This document shows positions 17,925 through 26,060 of a stretch of DNA of 34,250 nucleotides, in pieces; the first letter of the stretch is position 1; every line of letters starts with the position of its first letter. Position numbers and translations under genes: made by a program. The notes under the pieces are model-generated. The model saw only the letters and a list, made by a program, of their open reading frames with translations, was not told where the DNA came from and made no database searches. Source of the DNA: a virus (lineage: Duplodnaviria; Caudoviricetes); the IMG/VR virus record IMGVR_UViG_3300032285_003710, positions 1 through 34,250 of that record; one strand, given 5' to 3'.

Positions 17925-19355
17925 TTAATATTCCCAAATCCACTGTTGAAATCCTAACATACCTTTCAGCTTAACCATACGACGCATCTCGAAGATTACG
18001 TCGATGGCGACGTTCTTCGGATGCTTGAGTTTGATTTTATAGAGAGCATCCCCAGCGACACTCGGGGCGCCTTTGTCTGTGGTCTTCTCGGCTTTGTAGC
18101 GCATCTGAGTGTGAAGATAATTCACTACTTGATCCGGGCTGCCGGGATTGAGATCGAAGCCCACTAGGATTTTTAAGACCCTTGAGAGTTGCTTATATCT
18201 TTCTTCACAGCGTCGGACAATATATTGCCGCTTGACGGGATCGAAGTGCATTCCGTGCAGTGACATGAAGGCGTAGTCTGCGAGGGATCGACTAGCTTGA
18301 TCGACCGAATCTTGAAGTCCGCGATCGTCTCGGATGACTTCAAGCTGACCGAGGTAAATCTCTCGGAGGACAATAACGTCTTTAATGTTGTAAGCGCGGA
18401 GCTGCTCAAATTGTGCTCGATTGCGAGGATCAAAGTTCCCTGCTTCATCTTTGTGGAACGGTCTGTTAGAAAAAATAGTTGCTTGATGGGCCAGAGACTT
18501 CTCAGCCTCCGGAAAGATTCGATGGCCCGCGACCATGGTGTCATAGATATCTGTGCCAAATGGGATTTTGTAGAAGGCGGCGAGAAAGCAGAGATCGAAG
18601 AGGGCGTTGTGGATTACCACTCTCCGCTTTTTCATCTCTCTTACTAATCGCGCAAAGAAAACCACACCGACGTTAAGATTGCCGCCCCAATCGTACACAG
18701 GAACAGAATAAACAGGACTCTCTCCGCACGCGATGGCGAGGCAGGTGAGGGTGTTGGTCTTGGGGTGAGTCTCGATGTCGAAGAAGATTGGTCCGTCGTG
18801 GTTGAACACACGACAGGCTTCGTCGGCTCTTTGACAAGAGACGGTTTGGGGTTCAGGTTGAACTTTTTCGGGGTCATATGTTAGTAGTTTCTTGATGTCT
18901 TGTGCAAACCAAAAGCTGTAGTTGGATCTTTTAGTGGGACTTGTGCTTTTACCATCATCCTTATCGAGGATATCTTCTCCTTCGCCTTCGCCTTCAAGAG
19001 AGTCTTCGACGGCCCAAGCGTCCACACAGTCTTGTGGCCAATAGGTTACGATGTATTGTGTCTTTGTAGGTGAGGTATATACTACACCGCGAAAAGCGTC
19101 TAGGGTTTTTCCTTTAGCTGCTGGTAGATAATCAAGGCTTTTAGCTCCGGCGAAGATAATCTTTGTGATGCCGCTTGGTTTGTTTGCGCCTTTGAAGAAA
19201 TCGTCGGCGAAGGTGACGAAGACTTGATCTGAAGAATCAAGATCAATGGCGTGAGCAGCAAGAACAGAACGAACGAAATCACCAGCAGGGCCAAGAAGTA
19301 TTCCGTTGTTTTCTTTATCAAAGCGCGAGGGTCCATGCAGAACGAGGGCTATCAT
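17925..19355 (-). CDS. polA: family A DNA polymerase, N-terminal half (degenerate UDG-like domain + 3'-5' exonuclease + thumb)
   Basis: LLGPAG (UDG family 4-like); ExoI FDIET, ExoII HNALFD, ExoIII YNIKD; thumb GMHFD, NPGSPDQV, RRMVKLKG. Confidence 0.85.
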   Translation of the reverse strand: MIALVLHGPSRFDKENNGILLGPAGDFVRSVLAAHAIDLDSSDQVFVTFADDFFKGANKPSGITKIIFAGAKSLDYLPAAKGKTLDAFRGVVYTSPTKTQYIVTYWPQDCVDAWAVEDSLEGEGEGEDILDKDDGKSTSPTKRSNYSFWFAQDIKKLLTYDPEKVQPEPQTVSCQRADEACRVFNHDGPIFFDIETHPKTNTLTCLAIACGESPVYSVPVYDWGGNLNVGVVFFARLVREMKKRRVVIHNALFDLCFLAAFYKIPFGTDIYDTMVAGHRIFPEAEKSLAHQATIFSNRPFHKDEAGNFDPRNRAQFEQLRAYNIKDVIVLREIYLGQLEVIRDDRGLQDSVDQASRSLADYAFMSLHGMHFDPVKRQYIVRRCEERYKQLSRVLKILVGFDLNPGSPDQVVNYLHTQMRYKAEKTTDKGAPSVAGDALYKIKLKHPKNVAIDVIFEMRRMVKLKGMLGFQQWIWEY

Positions 19356-19370
19356 TGTTTGGGTTAATTA

Positions 19371-19406
19371 AAGAGAAAAGAAAAGGCAGACTATTTCCGG
19401 TCTGCC
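19371..19406 (-). terminator. terminator-like hairpin
   Basis: GGCAGAC/GTCTGCC stem followed by TTTTCTTTTCTC on the - strand. Confidence 0.7.
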
Positions 19407-19432
19407 AGCGGTGCGATGGGGATATGTCTGAG

Positions 19433-19473
19433 GAAAGAAACCTCTTAGAAAGTCTCGCAATCTTCCTAAGAGG
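19433..19473 (-). terminator. terminator-like hairpin after the SSB gene
   Basis: CCTCTTAGGAAG/CTTTCTAAGAGG stem (one G-U) followed by TTTCTTT. Confidence 0.65.
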
Positions 19474-19512
19474 CGCGTGTCTCTGTGATAGCAACCACTC
19501 TATCTCTGAGAC

Positions 19513-20031
19513 TTAGAAGTTATCGGCCAGCGGCGAGGCAGCGCCCTTGACTTGAGAGAAGTCAAACTGGGTGTTGTAGCGTTTGATGATGGCCTCGCCG
19601 TTCTCGTCGCGCTTGGCGAACTTGAGATCGCGGGAGTTCGACGGGTCGTCGGTGACATACTCAGGCTGCGACTGAACGAGCATGTTGAAAGCCTGACCTT
19701 GTAGCGACGAAAGAGCCTCAGCCACGTCCACGTCGGAGTAGTCGTCGGGCAATCCGTCATACAAGCCGACGGTCTGGAGCGGCGTGGCCAGCAGTTCAAG
19801 CGCGGAGTCAACTCCGTTCTTGTTCTCCAGCATGATGTACATGTTGCCCTTCGAGCCGAGCGTCTTGTAGGTCACGCCAGCGGCCGCGGCAGTCTCGGGC
19901 GCAATGATCTCGCACTCACAGACAACCATCTTGAAACCCTTCGCGCTCTGGCGAGTCTCGGTCTTGTGGACGAGAACCTTATAGACGTTCGCGGGGATGA
20001 ATCCGATCTTGACTTCAGTACCTTTTTTCAT
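19513..20031 (-). CDS. DUF669-like single-stranded DNA-binding protein
   Basis: IPANVYKVLV...ETRQSAKGFKMV pattern; directly downstream of the Sak4-like ATPase. Start is ATG 20031. Confidence 0.6.
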   Translation of the reverse strand: MKKGTEVKIGFIPANVYKVLVHKTETRQSAKGFKMVVCECEIIAPETAAAAGVTYKTLGSKGNMYIMLENKNGVDSALELLATPLQTVGLYDGLPDDYSDVDVAEALSSLQGQAFNMLVQSQPEYVTDDPSNSRDLKFAKRDENGEAIIKRYNTQFDFSQVKGAASPLADNF

Positions 20032-20072
20032 TTTATGTTTTGTTTTGTTTTGTTTTACTAGCACCGACAAAT

Positions 20073-20100
20073 GGGAGGGAGCTTTCTGTGGGCCATTTTT
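20073..20100 (-). promoter_or_regulatory. sigma54-type promoter P3
   Basis: AAAAATGGCCCACAGAAAGCTCCCTCCC: TGGC...GC with 10-nt spacing, intergenic. Confidence 0.7.
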
Positions 20101-20801
20101 TACGGCTTCGAGAGTTCGCTTGCGATTTTGTTAAGAGCCTTCACAACACAATTCTCCATGGGATTAGGCAAGCCCCAGAAGATCGGAGTCTTCGCGGTCG
20201 TGACGCCATCGGTCTGCGTGGCGAAGAAGTATTGAATGGTGTCAGATCCTTTCTCTTTCTTTGCATACACGGACCACACAGCGAGACACTCAGACTCGAT
20301 GCCTTTGTTTGCCCACTCTTTACCTTGGACATACAAGCGGCGTCGAGTGGTCATGCTGCCGTCGAGGCCTTGGATTGGGACGATCTCTTCGAGACCGGTG
20401 ATGATAACGGTTTTATCGAGAGACTTGAGATTCGTACACAAAGTCTGGATGCCGTCGTTGTAGTTCTTCCAGATGTCGAATCCCTTGTACATCATTTCAC
20501 ACTTGACCTGAAGCTGATCAATCGCAGCGGTGATTGAGTCGATGACGACGAGATCTTTCGTTGTGTCTTTCTTTACCTTATTCAACTCAAGAGTGAGCTT
20601 ATCATAGCTGTCGATGGGGACAACGAGCTTCTCGTCGCGCACACGAAACGGCATACCCTTTCGTTCGGCGTCGAAGATAACGGTGCGCGCGGGATCTACG
20701 TTGCGGAAGGACGTAGACTTGCCCGCGCCACTCGGGCCAACGAGTGCGATGAGGGTCTTGGGCCATTTTGGATTTTGTTTTTCTACAGGGGATGTTTCCA
20801 T
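20100..20801 (-). CDS. AAA_24 / Sak4-like ATPase (single-strand annealing)
   Basis: GPSGAGKST, FDAERKG, VVIDSIT; flanked by a nuclease and an SSB. Confidence 0.75.
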   Translation of the reverse strand: METSPVEKQNPKWPKTLIALVGPSGAGKSTSFRNVDPARTVIFDAERKGMPFRVRDEKLVVPIDSYDKLTLELNKVKKDTTKDLVVIDSITAAIDQLQVKCEMMYKGFDIWKNYNDGIQTLCTNLKSLDKTVIITGLEEIVPIQGLDGSMTTRRRLYVQGKEWANKGIESECLAVWSVYAKKEKGSDTIQYFFATQTDGVTTAKTPIFWGLPNPMENCVVKALNKIASELSKP

Positions 20802-20813
20802 ATGTTTTTATTT

Positions 20814-21740
20814 TTACCAAGTCAAAGGCTCGTACTTAGTTATTGAGCACTCCGACAAAAAGAGTTCAAGCTGCACAGCGTTCTGCGCAAAGCAGATTCG
20901 CTTGAAGGGGCAGCTCGGACAGGCATTGCACGCTTTGCCGCTAGGCGGAGGAAGCTTATCGTGGGCCATTGCTTCGTTGATATGATCAGTGAAAGTCTCG
21001 ATGCGATCTTTGACTTCCGAATCAAACTCCCAGAGTTGTTCCTCCGTGAAGCTCCAATCCGGGCCGATGCGCCATGCGGGCGAAGGTAGAGAGATCTGGA
21101 CGATCAGCGTGCGTATCACCATGCGACGATACCATGCAGCGTTGGCGTAGTTGATGTCGTCTTTGAAGATCTCATACGCAAACTTCTGAAAGATGTAATA
21201 GTAATAAGAGAACTGCGTGTCGCCATCGTAGCCCGCGACGGCGTCTTTGAATGCGTACTTGCGCGTCGTCTTATAGTCTGTGATCTGAATGACGCCTTGT
21301 GGGGTTATGCTAAGGAGGTCAACAGTACCCACATACGCGAAGCCCGGGCGGTCGACGACGGGAATGTTGAAGTGAAACTCAGCCCCGCGATTGTCACCAA
21401 ACTTTAAGGGCTGCGGTAAGGATGACAGAGGCGCCGCAGTCAGAGCTTTCCTAATCTGATCTTGATCCTTGGTGGGAAGATTCTTTTCCTTCGCTTCTTT
21501 GAACGCCTCCATACAGGCTTCTTGCCACTTCTCTCCGCTCCGGTCGAATGCGACGTTCTCGGCGAACTTGTGGATAATTTTACCCACCGTCAAAGCGGTG
21601 ATGTCCTCGGCGGGTTTAAGACCGAGGAACACTGTAAAGAACCAGCGCCTCGGACAGGCTGAGATCTTTAATCCAGAAGCGTTGATGGGGATAACTGCGG
21701 GGATGCCTTCGTGAGGGAGGTCTTTGTAGGATAGTTTCAT
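20814..21740 (-). CDS. PD-(D/E)xK (Cas4/RecB-like) exonuclease
   Basis: ACPRRW, GKIIH, GTVD, TDYKT, Q..YY and C-terminal C..C.F...C. Confidence 0.85.
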   Translation of the reverse strand: MKLSYKDLPHEGIPAVIPINASGLKISACPRRWFFTVFLGLKPAEDITALTVGKIIHKFAENVAFDRSGEKWQEACMEAFKEAKEKNLPTKDQDQIRKALTAAPLSSLPQPLKFGDNRGAEFHFNIPVVDRPGFAYVGTVDLLSITPQGVIQITDYKTTRKYAFKDAVAGYDGDTQFSYYYYIFQKFAYEIFKDDINYANAAWYRRMVIRTLIVQISLPSPAWRIGPDWSFTEEQLWEFDSEVKDRIETFTDHINEAMAHDKLPPPSGKACNACPSCPFKRICFAQNAVQLELFLSECSITKYEPLTW

Positions 21741-21806
21741 TAGTAGGATGTTATATTATTGAGGAGAAAAGAGAAGGGCTTTTTAGGCTAACCCCAAGCC
21801 AAAGAC

Positions 21807-22247
21807 TTAGCTCATCTTGCTGTTCGACGCGGGCGACTCACAGTCGCACTTGGCGCGTTGGCCGAGCTTATACACGCGCTGCTCGCTCTCGTCGGCGAGA
21901 CCTTGCAGGAAGTTGAGGGTGCCGCTTGAAGATCCTTTGCAGCACGCATCGACTTCCTTCTGCACGCGGGTCTCGATTTCGAGAAAGATCTTTGGCCAGT
22001 TCTTGATATCTTCCAGATCACAGAACCATTTGGCGAGATCGGCCGCGGTGATGTTGCCGTCGGAGATCTTAGGCTCGACGCCCAAGCCGATCATCCGCTC
22101 GATCACGGCATCGTAGGCTTCTTCGTAGGTAGTATAAAGATTTCCCAGATACTTATGATCTGAAAAGAAACTCTCTCCAGTTACGGTGTTGTGTTTTTCA
22201 TGCGCGGTAAGTTGGGCCGCGCGGAACAGTGTAGCTAAATTATGCAT
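21807..22247 (-). CDS. Dps/ferritin-like protein
   Basis: H..H..VTG..FFSDH..L..LY......D.VIER...LG is the Dps ferroxidase-centre pattern. Confidence 0.75.
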   Translation of the reverse strand: MHNLATLFRAAQLTAHEKHNTVTGESFFSDHKYLGNLYTTYEEAYDAVIERMIGLGVEPKISDGNITAADLAKWFCDLEDIKNWPKIFLEIETRVQKEVDACCKGSSSGTLNFLQGLADESEQRVYKLGQRAKCDCESPASNSKMS

Positions 22248-22260
22248 GTTGTTTGTGGTT

Positions 22261-22348
22261 AAAGAAAAGAGCTACCCAGCGCGCCGTCCCAGGGGAAACC
22301 GTCAAAACCCTGCCGCAAGAACAGCTTGCGGTACGCGCTAGGTAGCTC
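22261..22348 (-). ncRNA. structured intergenic RNA (three-way junction + U tract)
   Basis: 15-bp closing stem with one U-G, enclosing CCGCAAG/CTTGCGG and CAGGG/CCCTG hairpins. Confidence 0.5.
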
Positions 22349-22352
22349 AAAG

Positions 22353-22583
22353 TTATTTCTTGAACTTGAAGTTCTGGGTTTGATTGATGATCGCCTGAAC
22401 ATCCACGCCTTTAAGGAGTGGATCGTTTAGGAGAGAAGCTAAATCCGTACCGGTTGGTCTCGTGTGCGGGAAGTGTTTGAGAAGAAACTTCTCAAGCTCT
22501 TTGTCTGTCATCTCTTCGACGGGTTTAGGTAGGCCGAGGAGGAGATCGAGTTCGTTGAGATTGGAGTTACCTGATGCGCTCAT
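22353..22583 (-). CDS. hypothetical protein
   Basis: 76 aa in the operon chain. Confidence 0.6.
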   Translation of the reverse strand: MSASGNSNLNELDLLLGLPKPVEEMTDKELEKFLLKHFPHTRPTGTDLASLLNDPLLKGVDVQAIINQTQNFKFKK

Positions 22584-22586
22584 AGA

Positions 22587-22790
22587 TCACAAAACAACAC
22601 AGCACAATTTCCTACGAATGATAGCTTTGTCCGTGGTGTTCTCTGCGGCTTTCTCCGGGCTGTCGTATAGCATGGTCGAGAACCATTGGCCCTTGAGGCT
22701 GTATTGATAGGCGTAGAAGTAATACTCTTTTGGGCGTGGAGCTTCTGGCTCGGTGGCGGTGGCAAATGTTAGACCTCGTTCTTCTTTCAT
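22587..22790 (-). CDS. hypothetical protein
   Basis: 67 aa from ATG 22790; the longer ORF call overlaps the SLT-like gene. Confidence 0.55.
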   Translation of the reverse strand: MKEERGLTFATATEPEAPRPKEYYFYAYQYSLKGQWFSTMLYDSPEKAAENTTDKAIIRRKLCCVVL

Positions 22791-22794
22791 GTTG

Positions 22795-23241
22795 TTATTG
22801 GTTGTTTCTGTATTCGCTGTAGAGATTAAAGAATCTTTCACATTTCCGTTGAGCGGGTTTGCTGAGTCGATTGAAGTCATAGTCTTTCCTTGAGAAAGCA
22901 GTAAGGCCGAGATTCCAGGCCGCGTATACATCTCTTGGATCTGGATCTCTCTTTCGCTGGGCGAGACAGAGTCTAAGTTCGAGCCAACAGAGATGGGCTT
23001 TGGCGCATCTTCGGGCCTCGGACGGAATATGTCTAGCATCCTTTTCAGAAGGGAAATGCTGGCGCCAGACTGATCGCTTGAGTTGATATCTTGAGAGTTC
23101 ACCGTGTTTGCCTTTTGCTTTGTCGTTGTCGCTGCTTTCGATTGTTGAGATCGCCCTGAGCTTAGCGTCGAAGTCTTGCTGGAGGGCGATGAGTGTAGTT
23201 TGGATTGAGGTGATTGTCAGACCTATCATAAGGATTTTCAT
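22795..23241 (-). CDS. lysozyme-like / lytic transglycosylase with hydrophobic N-terminus
   Basis: AISTIES (catalytic Glu), G..GE.S.YQ and YAAWNLG motifs. Confidence 0.65.
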   Translation of the reverse strand: MKILMIGLTITSIQTTLIALQQDFDAKLRAISTIESSDNDKAKGKHGELSRYQLKRSVWRQHFPSEKDARHIPSEARRCAKAHLCWLELRLCLAQRKRDPDPRDVYAAWNLGLTAFSRKDYDFNRLSKPAQRKCERFFNLYSEYRNNQ

Positions 23242-23648
23242 AGAGGCCAGAAGTATGGTAGGTTGTCTGGAATGTTTGGAAATTTTGGAGCGTAGTAATC
23301 CGCTTTCTTTCTTATCAGATTACTCTGATGTGTCTTGTGCAGATAAGAGCCGAGCCAATGGGGCTGGATGATGTAAGGGTAAGTGAGAAGCTCTTTCTCA
23401 AAATGCGGTAAGAGGTTATCAACATAGCCCCGAGCGCGGGCTTCTTGGCAGATCTTGATGCTATATAAGCACAACCACGCTGGATAATCTTTGACCATGC
23501 GCACAGCGGGATGACTGCGCCAGCCCTCTGACTTACCTTGGATTGTGTTGAGGATTTGATAAGACTCAACGCGCTGTTTCATAAGGCGCTGGGTGTCTAG
23601 CACGCGGGCAGACTGTTCGATGTCGGGATATGGGAGGAAGATTTGCAT
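23238..23648 (-). CDS. pyrimidine-dimer DNA glycosylase-like (DenV / MSMEG_6728 family)
   Basis: MQIFLPY...SARVLD..RL.KQRVE..QIL...GW..HPAVRM...HQSNLIRK...Y.WP. Confidence 0.85.
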   Translation of the reverse strand: MQIFLPYPDIEQSARVLDTQRLMKQRVESYQILNTIQGKSEGWRSHPAVRMVKDYPAWLCLYSIKICQEARARGYVDNLLPHFEKELLTYPYIIQPHWLGSYLHKTHQSNLIRKKADYYAPKFPNIPDNLPYFWPL

Positions 23649-23669
23649 TTTGTGGTTGTGTTTTATTTA

Positions 23670-24332
23670 TCACTCCAAGCCTTTCAACATCTCCTCACTC
23701 ATCTTCATCACGATAAGTTCGTTCGGAGTGGTCTCAATGATGATTGTGTTGTCTTGCATCGCGAGCTGCCGCGCGAATTTCTCTGCGCTGTTTGTATAGT
23801 TCTGCCAGCTCGCTTGACTTCCGACCTCGCCGCTGTTGACGAATGAGATGATCTCTTCGCGGAAGATCTCTTCGTTGAATGTAAAAGGATCTTCGTCGCT
23901 GCCTCCGAGGAGAGGCGTCATGGCGTCTAGGATATTCTCAACGGGTTCAAGAATCTCGATGACGAGATTTACTTTACGCACTGAGATGTGCACCTTTTCT
24001 TTAAGCTCGTCGACGATGGGGATATCATCAGGGTCGATAACGCCTTTAAGAACCCCGACGCCTTTGTCGTTGATAAAGGCTTTGCCCTGTGAGAGACGCG
24101 CGCGAATTGTTTGAGGTTGTTGCCTGAGTGTGAGTGAGTTGATGGTGGCTTTCTTAGAAGGGATCTTAGAGAGCTTCACTACTAACTGAGCGAATTGAAT
24201 CGCGTGCTTGATGTCGTAGTAAGGCCAGCCTTGCTTGCGCTCGGTTTTATTGAGAATACTTTCCGCTTGCTTGAGCAAGGCGGCTGGGTCTAGTTGTGGT
24301 TGTGGTTGATTTGAGGGATTGAATATGTTCAT
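23670..24332 (-). CDS. hypothetical protein
   Basis: 220 aa, ATGA-coupled to the upstream ORF. Confidence 0.7.
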   Translation of the reverse strand: MNIFNPSNQPQPQLDPAALLKQAESILNKTERKQGWPYYDIKHAIQFAQLVVKLSKIPSKKATINSLTLRQQPQTIRARLSQGKAFINDKGVGVLKGVIDPDDIPIVDELKEKVHISVRKVNLVIEILEPVENILDAMTPLLGGSDEDPFTFNEEIFREEIISFVNSGEVGSQASWQNYTNSAEKFARQLAMQDNTIIIETTPNELIVMKMSEEMLKGLE

Positions 24333-24520
24333 AGGACTAAGAAGTCAAAGTTATTCTGCCAGCTATCATTCAACTGATTATAGGTATTGTTCTTGATCTT
24401 CCACGTTCGCGGGTCGCGGGTTGCTTTGGTATGGCGGCACCGGATACGAACGTCGATGGTTTGAAGTGCGGAGTTTCGGAGGTGGTGATGGTGCGGGAGT
24501 TCGTGGAGCAGGATGGTCAT
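24329..24520 (-). CDS. hypothetical protein
   Basis: 63 aa with ATGA overlaps at both ends. Confidence 0.6.
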   Translation of the reverse strand: MTILLHELPHHHHLRNSALQTIDVRIRCRHTKATRDPRTWKIKNNTYNQLNDSWQNNFDFLVL

Positions 24521-24735
24521 ATTTTCTCCGTGAGTGATCTGATGTACCTGTTCCGCTCCTTCGGTCTGACGTTGATGAGGTATTGGATTGCCAGACAGGC
24601 ATTGACGGTTGCGGTATTTTCCCAGTTCTCCTTGTTGTCGTAGTACTCATGCCACCGTTCACTGGGTGCTACGATGACTTGGCCGGTTCGCTTGTGCTTG
24701 AAGACGAATGCGGCAGGGCCGATGGGGACGTTCAC
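24517..24735 (-). CDS. hypothetical protein
   Basis: 72 aa; GTG start preceded by AGGAGG. Confidence 0.6.
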   Translation of the reverse strand: MNVPIGPAAFVFKHKRTGQVIVAPSERWHEYYDNKENWENTATVNACLAIQYLINVRPKERNRYIRSLTEKI

Positions 24736-24971
24736 GACCTAACCTCCTGCTCACGCCACAGCAGCAGATCCGCTCGCATGGCGTCGTTCTCCTGCTCTAG
24801 TTGCTTGATGCGTTCTCGCGCTTCTTGAAGTTCCCACGCAAGACCACCAATCACATTGTCTCCAGTGACATCTCGCCACTCCTCGCCATAGCGAAGGACG
24901 CGAGTTCCACCAGTTGATACTTGGACGATAGTGTATTTACCGTCACAAATGGTTACGTTTACTCCGCTCAC
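24732..24971 (-). CDS. hypothetical protein (cassette gene)
   Basis: GTG start inside the 26-bp repeat, after AAGGAGG; C-terminal coiled coil. Confidence 0.6.
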   Translation of the reverse strand: MSGVNVTICDGKYTIVQVSTGGTRVLRYGEEWRDVTGDNVIGGLAWELQEARERIKQLEQENDAMRADLLLWREQEVRS

Positions 24972-25213
24972 GGATTGGCCTCCTTGGCTTTGTACCACTC
25001 TATAATTTTTTCGTGATAATCGGTGCTTTTGCTATGACTCAATAAGCAGTTACCAGCTTGAACCAACCGATTGATGCGCTCGTTCAGTTTCTGAATCTCG
25101 TTAGCTGCTGCATCCATCATTATTGCGCGGTTGAACCACCCCACTTCTCGAAGTGACTGAGCGTCATTTCGTAGTTGTTCTTCGAGACTCACGGCTTGGC
25201 CTCCTTGGCTTTG
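24967..25213 (-). repeat. 26-bp direct repeats at gene junctions (24967-24992, 25188-25213)
   Basis: CAAAGCCAAGGAGGCCAA[G/T]CCGTGAG, 25/26 identical. Confidence 0.9.
24968..25192 (-). CDS. hypothetical protein (cassette gene)
   Basis: 74 aa from GTG 25192; bounded by the two repeats. Confidence 0.6.
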   Translation of the reverse strand: MSLEEQLRNDAQSLREVGWFNRAIMMDAAANEIQKLNERINRLVQAGNCLLSHSKSTDYHEKIIEWYKAKEANP

Positions 25214-25214
25214 G

Positions 25215-26060
25215 TCATAGTTCATTCTCCTTATCATATTCCGGCAATTCAATCTCTCCAAGTTCTCTCTTCAATAGAAGATTACGCAACGCCCGAACAT
25301 TCCCAAACGAGAATGTCTCGTCGCCGAAGTGTTCTCTTTCTCCCAACGGGGTCCAGTTTTCCTCGGCGATGATAGCACTGGCGACACAGCGTATCTCTTG
25401 CACACCCCGCTGTTGTAAAGAGAATGTCTTCAAGCCGAGTTCGTTGATGCGGAAGTATAGATCCTCTCTAAAGCTTCCCTCTTTAACCATCTTCAACAAG
25501 TCTCTATTCGTTGCGAAGATGAAGCGACATTGAATCGGAACGGGATCAACAGCTCCGACGGGCAAGACGGTTTTATCCTGCAGCACACGGAGCAACTTAG
25601 CTTGATGCGCCAGCGGCAACTCGCCTATCTCGTCGAGGAAAGCAGTGCCCTTGCCGACTGCTCGGAGAAAGCCAACGTCGCCTCTTGATTTGGCACCGGT
25701 AAAGGCACCGGGCATGTAGCCAAATAGCTCGCTTTGGAATAGAGTATCCGTAAGACCGGCCATGTTCATAGCTTTTAGAGGCTTCCGTTTGTGGGCTAAG
25801 ATGCGAGCGACTAACTCCTTGCCGGTGCCCGACGGGCCTTCGATCAAGACGTTGTATCTCTGCAAGCTCTCTTCGGCGTAGGTTATTGCGGCCGTGAGCA
25901 TCCTCTTGGTGAGAGGATCTTGTGTGGCATAGCACGAAGCTATTGACTGAATAGAGTTCTCCTTCAGCGCGTCGCCTGTGATCTTCAACACATCCTTGCG
26001 GATGTTATCGAGGAAGCTGTCGGCCGCGGCGGTGTTAAGGACGTTTGCGTGGATGTTCAT
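25215..26060 (-). CDS. sigma54-dependent transcriptional activator (bEBP), AAA+ domain only
   Basis: GPSGTGKE, SELFG..PGAFTGA, FLDEIGELP, Q.KLLRVLQ, ATNRDL, FREDLYFR, GNVRAL. No receiver domain and no C-terminal HTH. Confidence 0.97.
   Translation of the reverse strand: MNIHANVLNTAAADSFLDNIRKDVLKITGDALKENSIQSIASCYATQDPLTKRMLTAAITYAEESLQRYNVLIEGPSGTGKELVARILAHKRKPLKAMNMAGLTDTLFQSELFGYMPGAFTGAKSRGDVGFLRAVGKGTAFLDEIGELPLAHQAKLLRVLQDKTVLPVGAVDPVPIQCRFIFATNRDLLKMVKEGSFREDLYFRINELGLKTFSLQQRGVQEIRCVASAIIAEENWTPLGEREHFGDETFSFGNVRALRNLLLKRELGEIELPEYDKENEL

Noticed and set aside
17070-17945. Group I intron or intein interrupting polA
   Set aside because: The insert is fully occupied by a ligase ORF; there is no room for a ribozyme core and no intein terminal motifs.
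20814-21740. Cas4 as part of a CRISPR system
   Set aside because: No array or other cas genes; the context is a Sak4/SSB recombination module.
22791-23102. N-terminal extension of ORF 22587-23102
   Set aside because: It overlaps the SLT-like gene entirely; ATG 22790 fits the operon packing.
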